Shown piece by piece: positions 27,910 through 41,300 of a stretch of DNA of 64,000 bases. The notes beneath the pieces were generated by a model that saw nothing but the letters and a program-made list of their open reading frames with translations, was not told where the DNA came from and made no database searches. How positions within the stretch are numbered: the stretch's first letter is position 1; each line of letters opens with the position of its first letter. A program made the position numbers and the translations under genes. Source of the stretch: Cycas panzhihuaensis (taxonomy: Eukaryota > Plantae > Cycadophyta); contig CM041465.1 in the NCBI GenBank assembly GCA_023213395.1, positions 203,801,741 through 203,865,740 of the forward strand. Direction: 5' to 3'.

Positions 27910-28439
27910 AGGTTTTCGCTGACTATGGTATAAGGAAAGGAGAATTTCTCTATTACCATTGAACTTGGTAATAAGAGAGGATAAATAAAACTATTAAATG
28001 AAATGTGCATGTGTAACACAGGATCGAGAACTACCTTGTCTGCTTTGCATATGTGTTGTTGAGGTTCTTCTTGAGATTCCTCCATTAGTTGTTCTCTCGC
28101 TTGCTCTTCATCATTTTTGTGTTGCTCCTACATAGCTTCTCTCTGAATCTCTTCCTTGGTCTCAACTATTGTCTCACTAGCTTCTTCTGCTAGGTGATCA
28201 GTCATTATCTGGACTTGCTTTGTGTCTTCAATGATGTTATGTCGTTCCATTATCTACTTGGTGACTTCTTGTGTGTGTGCGAATTCCCATTCCCTAATTC
28301 TTCACCCTATATATAATTAGATCCATTTTTATCTTCACCTTCATCAAGAGTGACCTCTTCTTGTTCCTCATTTGTGGAGCGGTTGTTTGATTCTTGTTCA
28401 TTCGCTAGGCTAGTTTGAATCAGTTTATGTTCATTCTAG

Positions 28440-28673
28440 TTCCATGAGTTGTATTTTAACATCAATTTGAACCATGCCCAATTATTGAATCTTTTTGGTT
28501 TGCTAGACCACTGAATGAACTAATCAAGAGCTCTCCCTTGTAAGAGAAGCTCTATATATGCTCCATATTCTTCCATGTTGGAATCATCCATGAAATCATT
28601 CAGTGCTTCGACCATTTGGAGCCATTTACTGACATCAGTGTCTTCATTAAGATCAAAAAAATTCTGAGTCCAT
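28440..28673 (-). pseudogene. Element A degenerate retrotransposon gag-like ORF
   Basis: EDTDVSKWLQMVEALNDFMDDSNMEEYGAYIELLLQGRALD*FIQWSSK, homologous to the element B ORF at 50895. Confidence 0.7.
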
Positions 28674-29990
28674 TTTCCTTGTCAATAGTAGTGTGACTTC
28701 ATGGGTTAAATCTCCGTTAAGAATTGATCAGATCTATCTCATATGACCACTCAAAACAATCGTCTTTGAACCAGGATCCCAACGGTTCAAACGACACTGT
28801 GATCTAATACCTGCAACTTGAGTTGTGGACAAAAATGTCCAAGTACCCCTTTTGGAGAATCAAGCTAAAAAAATTAAAAATATAAAAAATTCTTAAACCC
28901 TTTTAGACTAAGACCTAAGTCATCTGAGGTCACCCTATGTGACCAAGGGCTATCGTGCTAGCAAACCTCAAGAATTCATTCAATCCCCTTTAATGTTTCA
29001 AAATATTGGAGAAGAAAAGAAACCAAGTTTTTCGCACACAAATTCTTTTGTCAAAACCTCCTCCAAGCAAACTCGATCTGCATGATGCACAAATATTTTG
29101 AATTGGTAGATGAGATCTCAATTTCAAATAAACTGCAAATGGCTCTGTTAGGGCAGCGATTCCATGGATGGGTGCGCAGGCATATACATAGATCCTCGAA
29201 GGGCAGATCGCAAAGAAATCACGCCAACAAACTCCTACACAATGCGATCTACAAATAAACTAGGGCAAAGTCTGAACAAGGACGATGCCTACAAGTGGAT
29301 CTGGTGATGACTTCACTTCTCATGTAGACGCTCCTCTTTCATGACAGGATCTCCATGCGTATAATAGACAAATTGTAATAATGACAACCTCCTTGACACT
29401 AACTAAATCAGCCATGAACGAATTTAGGGATAGATCCTTCAAAAGTGTGATAATGGCAGGATTTAATTCTTAATGATCATGGTGAAATCATGAGATTCTC
29501 CACGGCTTTATGAAGGTACAATAAGGTGTATGGTCGAGAACAAGACACATAAATCCACAGGCTCATGGCATAAATCTATGTGGATGATAGGCAAACATTT
29601 CTTGCAAACGAGCTTCCAGAATATGATAGACTCAGAGTGGCAGATTACTGCAAAGGCAATAGACAAGGTGATTGAGCACATCATGCAATGAACAGAATAA
29701 ATACAACTCACATTTCCATGGTGCAAACAAAATATCAGCATGGTAGACAAAACAAGGGTTGAAATCTCCTTCACGACTCACAACTACAGTGAAGAATCAT
29801 GTAATACGCTTAACTCCCAACATGTCGATCCCACAGACAATGGCACAGAGCATGAAACAAAGGCGCTTCACAAGATTTTCTCCAAGATAGAACTGGCAGC
29901 AGTTGTGAACTATGTATCACAAACATAAACTGAATCAAACAACTATTCGACATAAAACTAGATTCATCTTCAACAGGCTATGATACCAAT

Positions 29991-30445
29991 TATAGTGGGC
30001 CCAATTCAAATGCAGCAGAAACGAGTAATATTCATAGCATATAATGATACTTTCATTGTAGTAAGATGTCAATAATGACCATTCACAGACATAAAGCTTA
30101 ATCATCCACACATTACATCACTCATACATTGGTATGAACAATAATGAATGTAATAAATAATGAATAATAATATGTAGAACCTAATATAATATCCAGCGGT
30201 GTTGGTACCCTTTTTGAGGTGAGAGCTATCCTCCAATTTGTCACATTGTGACCTAATAATATCTAGAACCTAATACAATATCCAGTGGTGTTGGTACCCT
30301 CTTTGAGGCGAGAGCTATCCTCTAGTTTGGCATGGTGTGCCCTAATGACATGAGGCCATTATCCCTTACAATAATAAATTCTCCAAGATGAATACAAATG
30401 AACAAGGCTTCCCTATTTACAACCTTTATTTATCTATCTAAAACT

Positions 30446-30501
<56 letters not shown>

Positions 30502-30605
30502 AAAAATGACTTCATAATAAATATAATTAAAGAATAATTCTTCCTATATTCAAAAACAGACTTCATCTTCAAAAACTGATTTCATCTTCATTTAGGAATG
30601 CTACA
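29991..30605 (-). repeat. Element A 5' LTR, with an internal ~89-bp duplication and a (CT)n expansion
   Basis: Matches 18697-19170; duplicated unit at 30175-30263 and 30264-30350; CT run at ~30449-30495. Confidence 0.88.
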
Positions 30606-32216
30606 CATGCAATATTTATAATGTTCACCAAAGGCTATTATGCACAACAAGATATTTACTTCTTGTATCTTTATTTGAAAAACTATTCTAATGACAACAT
30701 TTAAATAGATTGCAAAAGCAAGTGCTCAACATAGTAATATGTATCGAACCTATGAGGGAAAAATGAAGCATAAAAGGAAAAGATGAGATAGAAGTGAAGG
30801 TAAAGCCAAGCTTCTAAATCAACATCCACAAGATTAAATAGATAATCTTGCACATTTCTTCACCAATTGAAAATGAATCTTGAAATATGTAAGATCATTG
30901 AATATCATTAAGCATGTATGATGTTCATCAATTAGACTTAATGGGCACAAATAATACACAATGATTGCAAAGAATAGTGTGAATATAAGATCAATAGATA
31001 GACGAACTCATCAGGTTTATACATAGCATTCCTTAGAATAGGAGGTGCAACATAAAAACATTTCCACTACACAGCTTGGACATGCAGTACTATATTTTTC
31101 CATGCTCCTACCCATGCCCCAAGATATACATGTGGGTCTATCTTGTTGTATAGAAATCCTTGGCCTCAGAGAAAGAAAACGAGGACAACTCAAAAGAGCA
31201 TTTATAGAAGGGGGGGATTAACTTAGGAGAAGAACAAAAGCTAACAAAAAGGAAAAAAAAAAAAAAACAAGAACGAAAAGAGCGAGGAAGTAGCGATTAT
31301 ACTGGGCAGACCAAGCAACAATAACCATATTTTCATTGATTTGCTCTTTTTTAAAGCTGGTTGCTAGATGGTAACTATGCAAAACTATTAAGATTGTTTG
31401 TTTGGTTACTCAAGCCATTACAACCACTTTAGCTCGAATAAAAATTGTCGAACCAGGGTGGTATTAACTTAACTCCAAAGATATTTGGAGTTTAGTGCAC
31501 CTAATCGATATCCACTCCAACCTAGATAATTTGCTTTGTGTCGAACTTCTCGACTGAGTTTAACTTTTGATTTGAGGAAATAACTATTATGCCTATTACT
31601 AGGAGTCTAAGTCATCACAGGTTGTATGTCATTTGAGAACTCTCCACATTGCTTACTTCAATCTTTTTTAGAAAATTGCCCCTTTCTATATGACTTTCTC
31701 CTATTGTTATAGCTGGAAATTCATTCCTCAAACAGAGAGATGTGAAGTCCAAGAAGAGGGGATTCAATTGTTGACTTTGTAGGCTACTTACTTCTCCTTT
31801 TAAGGCTTGACATTTGAAATGTTATGCCTAGTAGTTGTTCCCATCTCATGCAAAATATTTGATCTTGTGATGAATTAGTGGCTAAGTTTGCCACCCTCTC
31901 TTGAAACTATCTCAACTCACCCTGTATCACCTCATCAAACATTGTATAAAAATTGTTCGAGATTTTCTCAAGAGAAGTTAATAATTCTTGCGACCCATAG
32001 GCCTCAAAGGAAAAGTCCCAAACATTTATAGCTAGTGTTGCCCTATCCTCATTACCTTTACTTACTGACTCATGGGCTAGCAATGTTACTTTTGTTGCAT
32101 GTTTCAACTAGCTTGCAATACGTTCAATCCAATGAGAAGCATCTTGTTGTAAAGGTCGTATCTGCAATGGCTCCCATGGCTTGGTATACTCGTCAAGGCT
32201 TTGTTTGAACTATGCA

Positions 32217-32682
32217 TTTTCAATGTCTAGAATTTGATTCTTTGCCCTTATCTCATCTATTTACTCCTACAAATCCTTAATCTTCTTTCTGAGCATTTCT
32301 GTAGTAGCCATGTGATAATCAGTAACTTCTAAAGGAGTTTGACCCTTCAAGGATAAGCCCTCTATCTCCCTTTGTCCCTGGCCTTGGATTCACGCTATAT
32401 GAAGGACTTGCTCTTTTGGCCTCCATTTGTGAAAGCTTCTAACAAGTGTTTCAACACTTGTTAGCTTATGGGATGTATCTCCTCTCAATCTAAACTCTCA
32501 CTATTGTTGGACTCAAGGGTCTACAGTGAACATCAAATGCTTTCCCTCTGAAAATGTTCTTCCCTTATTTTCTCCCTCCTCCACCCAATTGTGAGGTAGT
32601 CCTACTTATGGTTCCTTGAACATGTGCATCTTCAGAGTTACCTTGGTGATGACCCTCTATCACTTTATCAACATGAATGCTT
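32217..32682 (+). repeat. ~470-bp direct repeat (copy 1) flanking element B
   Basis: Colinear with 52931-53404 (ttttcaatgtc...acatgaatgctt), about 10% diverged by eye. Confidence 0.92.
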
Positions 32683-32748
32683 AGGGAAGTTAGTTTTACA
32701 AGGGAATTTATTATGGTGAAGTCGATTTTTAGAAGAAGAATCATTTAT

Positions 32749-33301
32749 TGTGAAAAATGGCCTAATGGCCTTACAATCCCAAGATCTAGAAGCTAGGTTC
32801 ACTCTAGTTCTAGAAAGCAAAAAATGCTAGACAAGTATGAAACTATAAGATGAAACATAAGCAAGATAAAGCATGAAAAGAATAAGCAAGAAAATGATAC
32901 CAAAGATGAGGAGTTGGAATTGGTCCAACCTCCAAATGAATAACAGTTTGATTAGCAAACTGGCAGCATAACAATACAACTCCAACTCTATATGAGAACA
33001 ATGAGGAGAGGTCTCATTATATAGAGTGAAAGCAGAGACCTAAGGCATTGGATGTTTGACAAGCGTCAAACATCCAAGGTACATGCCTTGCATGTAGGAC
33101 ATGTGTCCTTTTAGGGCTCTCAACTAAGCAAAAGTGCATGGGGGTCCATTTGACCCTTTAGTGACAATGTTGTGTCACTAAGAAAGAATGTGGGTGTGCA
33201 CTTTATCACTTAAGTGATAAGTTACCCCTAAAGTACAAAAGTACAAATATTACATGACAAATAAAGTACATAATTTTAGCATGTAAACATAAGGTTTAAC
33301 A
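32749..33301 (-). repeat. C2 3' LTR
   Basis: TGTGA...TTAACA; repeat of 43634-44187, about 96% identical by eye. Confidence 0.95.
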
Positions 33302-36300
33302 CCCCCCCTTACTGTTTACAATGTTAAGTCGGACCCCTAGACCATCTCTAAATTTTACAAATTTTTCTCTACCAAGTGGCTTGATAAAGATATACGCTAT
33401 CATTGTTACATTGGTCTATATTGAAGGTTGATCTCACCACTTTGCACATGCTCTCTGAGGAAGTGCTGATGAACCTTAATATGTTTGGTCCTTGCATGAA
33501 AGACAAGATTCTTGGCCAGCTTGAGCACACTTTGATTGCCGCAATAAATCCTGATGCGATGGTCCTGCTCAAGTCCAAGCTCCCCAAGAATCCGTTGTAG
33601 CCAGATAGCCTCGCAAGTTGCGCTGACTGCAGATTTGTACTCTGCTTCGGTGGAGGGCAAGGTAACATTGGGTTGCTTCTTGCAACTCCACGAAACAACT
33701 GTTGAACCAAGGGAAAAATAGTATCCCGAGGTTGATCTCCTGCTATCCTGGCAACCTGCCCAATCAAAATCTGAGAACCCTTCTAGAGTGAACTTCTCAT
33801 CATGTGCATACTCAAGGCCATGCTGCAATGTGCCTTTGATGTATTTGAGTATGCGTTTAGCTGCATTCCAATGTTTCTAATTGGGTTGAGACATGTATCA
33901 AGAACAAATCCCAACTGCAAATGAAATATCCGGTCGAGTGTTGGTGAGATAAATGAGGCTACCAATTAACTACCAGCAAAGAGTGGGATCTGCTGGTTCA
34001 ACTTCCTCATTGAGAGTAAGCTTTGTTCCATTCTCCATGGGTGTAGGCGCTGGCTTGCAGTCGTGCATCCTGAACCGCTGCAAAATGTCTCAAGAATATT
34101 TCACTTGGGAGATGAAGATATAGCCTGGCCGTTGCCATACCTCAAAGCCTAAGAAATAATGGAGAAGTCCAAGACCTGTCATCTCAAAACTCCTCTTCAA
34201 GTCATCCTGGAGAATCTGTATCATCTTAGTGTCATTGCCAGTGATCACTAAGTCATCTACATACAAGACAATAAAAATGGCATGGTCTTTTCCATCTTTG
34301 ATGTATAAGTTAGGATCTGAAGTAGATCGATGAAACCCATGTCTCAAGAAGTAATCATCAATCTTTGAGTACCATGCTCTTGGAGCTTATTTCAAGCCAT
34401 ATAATGCCTTTTTTAGGCAACAAACTAAATGCTCCTTGCCTTGTACCTTGTAACCAGGAGGTTGATCCAAGTATACCTCCTCCTGAAGATCGCCATTGAG
34501 AAAGGCGCTCTTCACGTCCATCTGAAAAACTGGCCATTTGAATTGAGCTGCTAAGGCCAAGATGAGTCTGATGGTATTCATATTAGCCACTGGTGCAAAA
34601 GTCTCATCATAGTCTATGCCTTCCTTTTGTTTGAACCCTTTTGCCACAAGGCGGGGCTTCTGCCGCTTAAGTGTACCATTAGAATGGAATTTGGTCTTAT
34701 AGACCCATTTGCAACTGAGTGCCTGTTTGTGTTTAGGCAGTTCGACCAAATCCCAAGTACCATTCTTTTCAATAGAATGAATTTCTTCATCCATGGCAGC
34801 CTTCCAATTTTCATTTTTAGAAGCCTCCTCAAAGGTGGAAGGCTCATCAACACATAGCACTTCAGCCATAAGTGCAAAATTGGTCTACTGCCTGTATTTT
34901 GATGGACGTTTTCCTTCAATGATGTGGTAAATCTGCCTTTGTTTGAGTATACCATTTTGGTAACTTTTTAATTGATGTGATTTGAACTTCAAGATCTTCT
35001 GGTCTAAGTGGTTGATCAACAGAAGATGTGCTAGGATCAAATGGAGCTAATTCTGATGATGTGGATAGTCCAACAGGTGCAGATGATGTACATGGAGTTG
35101 AAGATTGAAAGGGAAAGAAGGCCTCAACAATCTTTTTGCCTTTGTCAACGGAGGGTTGGATGGATGCTGCATCCAACTCCTTGTGATCTTCTTTAACAAA
35201 GATTACATCTCTTGAGAGATGCATTTTCTTTCCAATGGGATCATACAACTTGTAGGCTTTGCTATGAATGGCATAACCTACAAAGATGCACTTTAGACTA
35301 TGCTTGTCTAATTTAGTTCTTTGCTGATCGGGGATGTGCATATAAACAGTGCACCCAAAAGTCCTCAAATAGCTAACAATTGGTTTTTTGCCAGACCATG
35401 CCTCCTCTGGTGTGATGTCGGTGACTGTTGTTGTTGGACTTTGATTTGCCACATTGGCAACTGTGTGAAATGCCTCTGCCCAGTAAGCTCGAGTAAGTCC
35501 CTTTGCATGCATCATTGCTTTGGCTTTGTTAGCCAAAATTCTATTCATTCTTTTGGAGACTCCATTTTGTTGAGGAGTGTGAGGAATAGTAAATTGTCTC
35601 CGAATGCCATTATCCTTGCAGAATTGGGTGAATCCCTTTGAAGTAAATTCACCTCCATTGTCTATCCTTAGTGTTTTGATGGATTGGCCAAATTTGTTCT
35701 CCACTTCAAGCTTGAATTCCTTAAACTTTTGAAATGCTTCAGACTTATGCTTCATGAAGTAAACCCAAACTTTATGGGAAAATTTGTCAATGAAGGAGAT
35801 GTAGTACAAAACTCCTCCAAAGGATGTGGTGGACATAGGTCCACACAAATTTGAGTGTACCAACTGCAATGGATATGATGCACGCCAAGCTTTGCCTTTA
35901 GGGAAAGGCAAGTGATGTTGTGTCCCCATTATGCATGCTTCATAAAGACATTTTGTGCCATACATCTTTGGAAGCCCATGTACCATATTTTTGTTCACCA
36001 TCTGCTTGAGATTGTCTAAGCTCAAATGGCCTAGACATTGATGCCAAAGCTGCAACTTGGACAAAGTTTGAATGACAATGGCACCAGAGTAAGCAAAATC
36101 AAGTATGATATTATTAGCATCCAATTTATAGAGGCCATGATCCTCATATCCAACAACTACTACCTAGTCATTTTTGGCACTTATTACACATTTCCCATTC
36201 TTGAACGAAATGCTCATCTTTTGTTTGTCCAATTTGCTAACAGATAGCAAACGTTTCTCCATGCAAGGTATGAAATAGGCATTGCCATTGCAAAATATAG

Positions 36301-37507
36301 AGGAAGAATTGGAAGGAGAATGGAATGGAGCGATTGTGCCTATGCCTGAAATCTGAACAGATTCATTGTTGCCGAAGGTCGTTGATTGACCTTTTCCTTC
36401 CTTGATGTCGCTAAGGAGTTCTTCATTCCCAGTCATGTGTTGAGTGGCTTCAGAGTCAATGATCCAAGTTTGATCAACCTTGGATGAATGATAAGCACAA
36501 AACAGTTTGTCCTCATCTGCAAACTAATTGAAGTGGCGTTGATTGCCACCTCTAAAACCCCCCCTTCCTCTTTGACCTACTCGATAGGCACCTTGATTTG
36601 GTCGAGGAGGTTGCTGCTACTGTTGTTGCTGGAATCTTTGTTGGAATTGTTGGCGTGGCTGCTGTTGTCTCTGACTTTTTTGATATGGTTGTTGTTGCTG
36701 TTGTTGTAAATCTGCTTGCTTCTTCCTGCAATCAGGTGCTATGTGGCCAGCTTTGCCACAATAATGACAAACAACATTGGTCTTTGAGGAACCAATGTTC
36801 ATGTTCCCAAACTGCTTTGAAAGTGCAGGTTTGGGATTCTGCTTGGCCTTTGATTTGGCCATGAATGCACCTGATATAGATGGTTCGTCCTCATTATCCT
36901 TGGTGTAAATTTGCTCCTCTTGAAGTAACAAGCTTTCAAGTTCATTAAATGACATTCGTTTTAGTGAACCATCTTGTGTAGTGGAAAAAATGAAACCATT
37001 GTAGTCCTTAGGCAAAGCTTTGGTAATTGATGTGATAAACTCATCTCTAGTGGCGGGACTACCTAATGTATTCAATTCATTACATACCTCCTTGATGGAG
37101 GAAAGGAAAGTCGACATAGGCTTAACAAATTTTACAGAATACAACCTGGCTTTTACCATGAATATGCGAGCTTCATCTCGCCTTTCATACAAAGATGACA
37201 AAATGTCCCATGCTTCCTTGGAAGTTTTTGCACATACAATATTTTGATCTATATGAACATCAACAATCATATGTAGGAATGCCAAAGCGATTTCATCTTT
37301 GGCTTCCCAAGCAGCAACAAGACCATCATCAGGTTGAACAGTTACATCACTATTGATAATAGGTATAGGTTGGGGTATCCTTTCAGAAACATAACCCCAA
37401 AATTTATTCATTATCAAAAGATTTTGAGTGATCCTCTTCCATTCTTGATAGTTGTCTTGTCCTGTTAATCTGATGGTGCATGCATTAAGCATGTTAATTG
37501 CAACCAT
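33296..37507 (-). pseudogene. C2 gag-pol (interrupted)
   Basis: Gag 36617-37507 with CCHC knuckle and Q-rich tail; IN 34916-36124; RT with YVDD (34090-34347); RNase H 33406-33828; final frame ends ...RLNIVNSKGGC* at 33296. Confidence 0.94.
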
Positions 37508-38303
37508 GTTTCAGTTGTAAGGCTTGAATCTAGCAGATAACTTGGAAACTCAAAGCTTTTGTTGCTTAAGTTCCACCTTTTAACGAAACCAACATTTCTG
37601 ATCTTACTAGAAGATCCAACAGCTGAATGGAATGATGAGGGGTGGAGGACTAGGCTATGGAGTTGGTCCAACCCTAATCTATAGAGGAGATTCAACTGTT
37701 GGCCAAGTTAAATCTAGGACAAGGCAGGTAGGGTTGATCTGCATGGATGTACCATGCTTTCCCTAGGATTCACAACCCCAATAACACCTTTTTTCGAACC
37801 TCCTTTTCCTCAAGCAACCTTAATTGTCGTGCACTGACCGTACGGTTGGTTGGTCCCCTAGGGAATGCACCAAGCTTAAGGTTATTTCAGAGGCAAGGTT
37901 TGAACCTTTTTCGGGCCTCTCCAACAAGATTTTTAAAGTCACTTTTTAGAAGGTTAAAGTGAACTTAAGATTTATTTTACTTGGATGATGTACTTATGAA
38001 AGTGCTTGATTAAGCTTACAATAAAAGAGGCTTCAAAAAGAAACAATCTAATACATCAAATGAACACTTAAAGTGTTGTTTACAATGAGCACTTAATGAA
38101 GTGAGAGTGCTATGCAAATCCAAGTAAACAAAAAAGATGCTTGAGTACAATGAGTTTTGCAAAAAATAAGTACTTGAAAAGATGGTAAGTTCTCAATTAA
38201 GCAAAGCAAAACCTTGTGATGAAAGTACAAGTGGGTTCTTTTTAATGCTCAAGAGTGAAGAGAAGGAGACCACTTGCCAAATAAGGATATCAAGCATAAG
38301 GAC

Positions 38304-41300
38304 ATCTGTCATCTTAAAACTCCTCTTCAAGTCATCCTGGAGAATTTGTACCATCTTAATGTCATTGCCAGTCGTCACCAAGCCATCTACATACAAGACA
38401 ATGAAAATGCCACGGTCTTTCCCAACTTTGATGTACAAGTTAGGATCTGAAGTAGATCGATGAAACCCATGTCTCAAAAAGTAATCATCAATCTTTGAGT
38501 ACTATGCTCTTGGAGTTTATTTCAAGCCATACTATGCATTTTTAAGGCGACAAACTAAGTGCTCATTGCCTTGTAAACAGGAGGTTGCTCCAAGTATACC
38601 TCTGCTTGAAGATTGCCATTGAGAAAGGGCGCTCTTCACGTCCATCTGAAAAACCGGCCATTTGCATTGAGCTGCTAAGGCCAAGATGAGTCTGATGGTA
38701 TTCATATTAGCCACTGGTGCAAAAGTCTCCTCGTAGTCTATGCCTTCCTTTTGTTTGAACCCTTTTTCCACAAGGCGGGCCTTCTGCCACTTAAGTGTAC
38801 CATCAGAATGGAATTTGGTCTTGTAGACCCATTTGCAACTAATTGCCTGTTTGTGTTTAGGCAGTTCGACCAAATCCCAAGTACCATTCTTTTCAATAGA
38901 ATGGATTTCTTCATCCATGGTAGCCTTCCAATTTTCATTTTTGGAAGCCTCCTCAAAATTAGAATGCTCATCAACACAAAGCACTTCACGTATAAGTGCA
39001 AAATTGGTTTGCTGCATGTATCTTGATGGACGTTTTCTTTCAACAATCTAGCCGTCCTGCACTGTTTGAGTATACCATTTTGGTAACTTTTTTATTGATG
39101 TGACTTGAACCTCAAGATCTTCTGGTCTAAGTGGTTGATCAACAGAAGATGTGCTAGGATCAAGTGGAGCTAATTCTAATGATGTGGACGGTCCAACAGG
39201 TGTAGATGATGTACATGGAGTTGAAGATTGAAAGGGAAAGAAGGCCTCAACAATCTTTTTGCCTTTGTCAATGGGGGGTTGGATGGATGTTGTATCCAAC
39301 TCCTTGTGATCTTCTTTAGCAAAGATTACATCTCTTGAGAGATGCATTTTCTTTCCAATGGGATCGTACAACTTGTAGGCTTTGCTATAAATCGCATAAC
39401 CTACAAAGATGCACTTTAGACTATGCTTGTCTAATTTAGTTCTATGCTGATCAGGGATGTGCATATAAGCAGTGCACCCAAAAGTCCTCAAATGGCTAAC
39501 AGTTGGTTTTTTGCCAGACCATGCCTCCTCTGGTGTGATGTCGGTGACTGTTGTTGTTGGACTTTGATTTGCCACATTGGCAACTGTGTGAAATGCCTCT
39601 ACCCAGTAAGATCAAGTAAGTCCCTTTGCATGCATCATTGCTTTGGCTTTGTTAGCCAAAGTTTTATTCATTCTTTCGGAGACTCCATTTTGTTGAGGAG
39701 TGTGAGGAATAGTAAATTGTCTCTGAATGCCATTATCCTTGCAGAATTGGGTGAATTCCTTTGAAGTAAATTCACCTCCATTGTCTGTCCTTAGTGTTTT
39801 GATGGATTGGCCAAACTCGTTCTCCACTTCAAGCTTGAATTCCTTCAACTTTTGAAATGCTTCAGACTTATGCTTCATGAAGTAAACCCAAACTTTATGG
39901 GAGAAATCGTCAATGAAGGAGATGTAGTACAAAGCTCCTCCAAAGGATGCAGTGGACATAGGTCCACACAAATTTGAGTGTACCAACTGTAATGGATATG
40001 ATGCACGCCAAGCTTTGCCTTTAGGGAAAGGCAAGTGATGTTGTGTCCCCATTACGCATACTTCACAAAGACATTTTATGTCATACATCTTTGGAAGTCC
40101 ATGTACCATATTTTTGTTCACCATCTGCTTGAGATTGTCTAAGCTCAAATGGCCTAAACATTGATGCCAAAGCTGCAGCTTGGACAAAGTTTGAGTGACA
40201 ATGGAACCAGAGTAAGCAGAATCAAGTATGATATTATTAGCATCCAATTTATAGAGGCCATGATCCTCATATCCAACAGCTACTACCTAGTCATTTTTGT
40301 CACTTATTACACATTTCCCATTCTTGAACAAAATGCTCATCTTTTGTTTATCCAATTTGCTAACAGATAGCAAGCTCTTCTCCATGGAAGGTATGAAATA
40401 GGCATTGCCATTGGGAAATGTAGAGGAAGGATTAGAAGGGGAATGAAATGGAGCGATTGTGCCTATGCCAGAAATCTTAACAGATTCATTGTTGCTGAAG
40501 GTCACTGATTGACCTCTTCCTTCCTTGATGTCGCAAAGGAGTTCTTCACTCCCAATCATGTGTTGAGTAGCTCCAAATTCAATGATCCAAGTTTGATCAA
40601 CCTTGGATGTATGATAAGCACAAAACAGTTTGTCCTCATCTGCAAACTAATTGAAGTGGCATTGATTGCCAGCTCTAACCCCCCCCCCCCTTTCTCTTTG
40701 ACCTCCTCGATAGGCACCTTGGTTGCTATTGTTGTTGTTGCTGAAACTGCTGCTGCTGGAATTGCTGACGTTGCTAAAATTGCTGTCTCTGATTTTGTTG
40801 ACGTGGTTGTTGTTGCTGTTGTCGTGTGTGCTAAAGATCTGCTTGTTTCTTCCTACAATCAAATGCCATGTGGCCAACTTTGCCACAATAATAACAAAAA
40901 CATTGGTCTTTAAGGAACCCATGTTTATGTTCCCAAACTGCTTTGAAAGTGCAAGTTTGGGATTCTACTTGGCCTTTGATTTGGTCGTGAATGCCCCTGA
41001 TGTGGATGGTTCGTCATCATTGTCCTTGATGTAAATCTGCTCCTCCTGAAGCAACAAGCTTTCAAGTTCATTGAAAGACATTCGTTTGAGTGAGCCATCT
41101 CGTGTAGTGGAAGAAATAAAACCATTGTAGTCCTTAGGCAAAGCTTTAACAATTGTTGTTATAAGCTCATCTCTAGAAGCAGAACTATCTAATGTATTCA
41201 ATTCATTACATACCGCCATGATGGAGGAAAGAAAAGCGCACATAGGCTTGACAAATTTTACAAAATACAATTTAGCGTTTACCATCATTGTGCGAGCTTC

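Larger units (their letters stand above)
18697..30605 (-). mobile_element. Element A: non-autonomous gag-only (TR-GAG/LARD-like) LTR retrotransposon, ~4.1 kb after removing nested Copia C1
   Basis: LTRs at 18697-19170 and 29991-30605; PPT 19171-19188; PBS gctatgatacca 29977-29988; TSD catac/catgc; gag relic present and no pol. Confidence 0.85.

Noticed and set aside
37625-37700. TGATGAG followed by a stem, resembling a hammerhead ribozyme core
   Set aside because: It lacks the leading C of CUGAUGA and the GAAA after stem II, and it lies antisense to the element.
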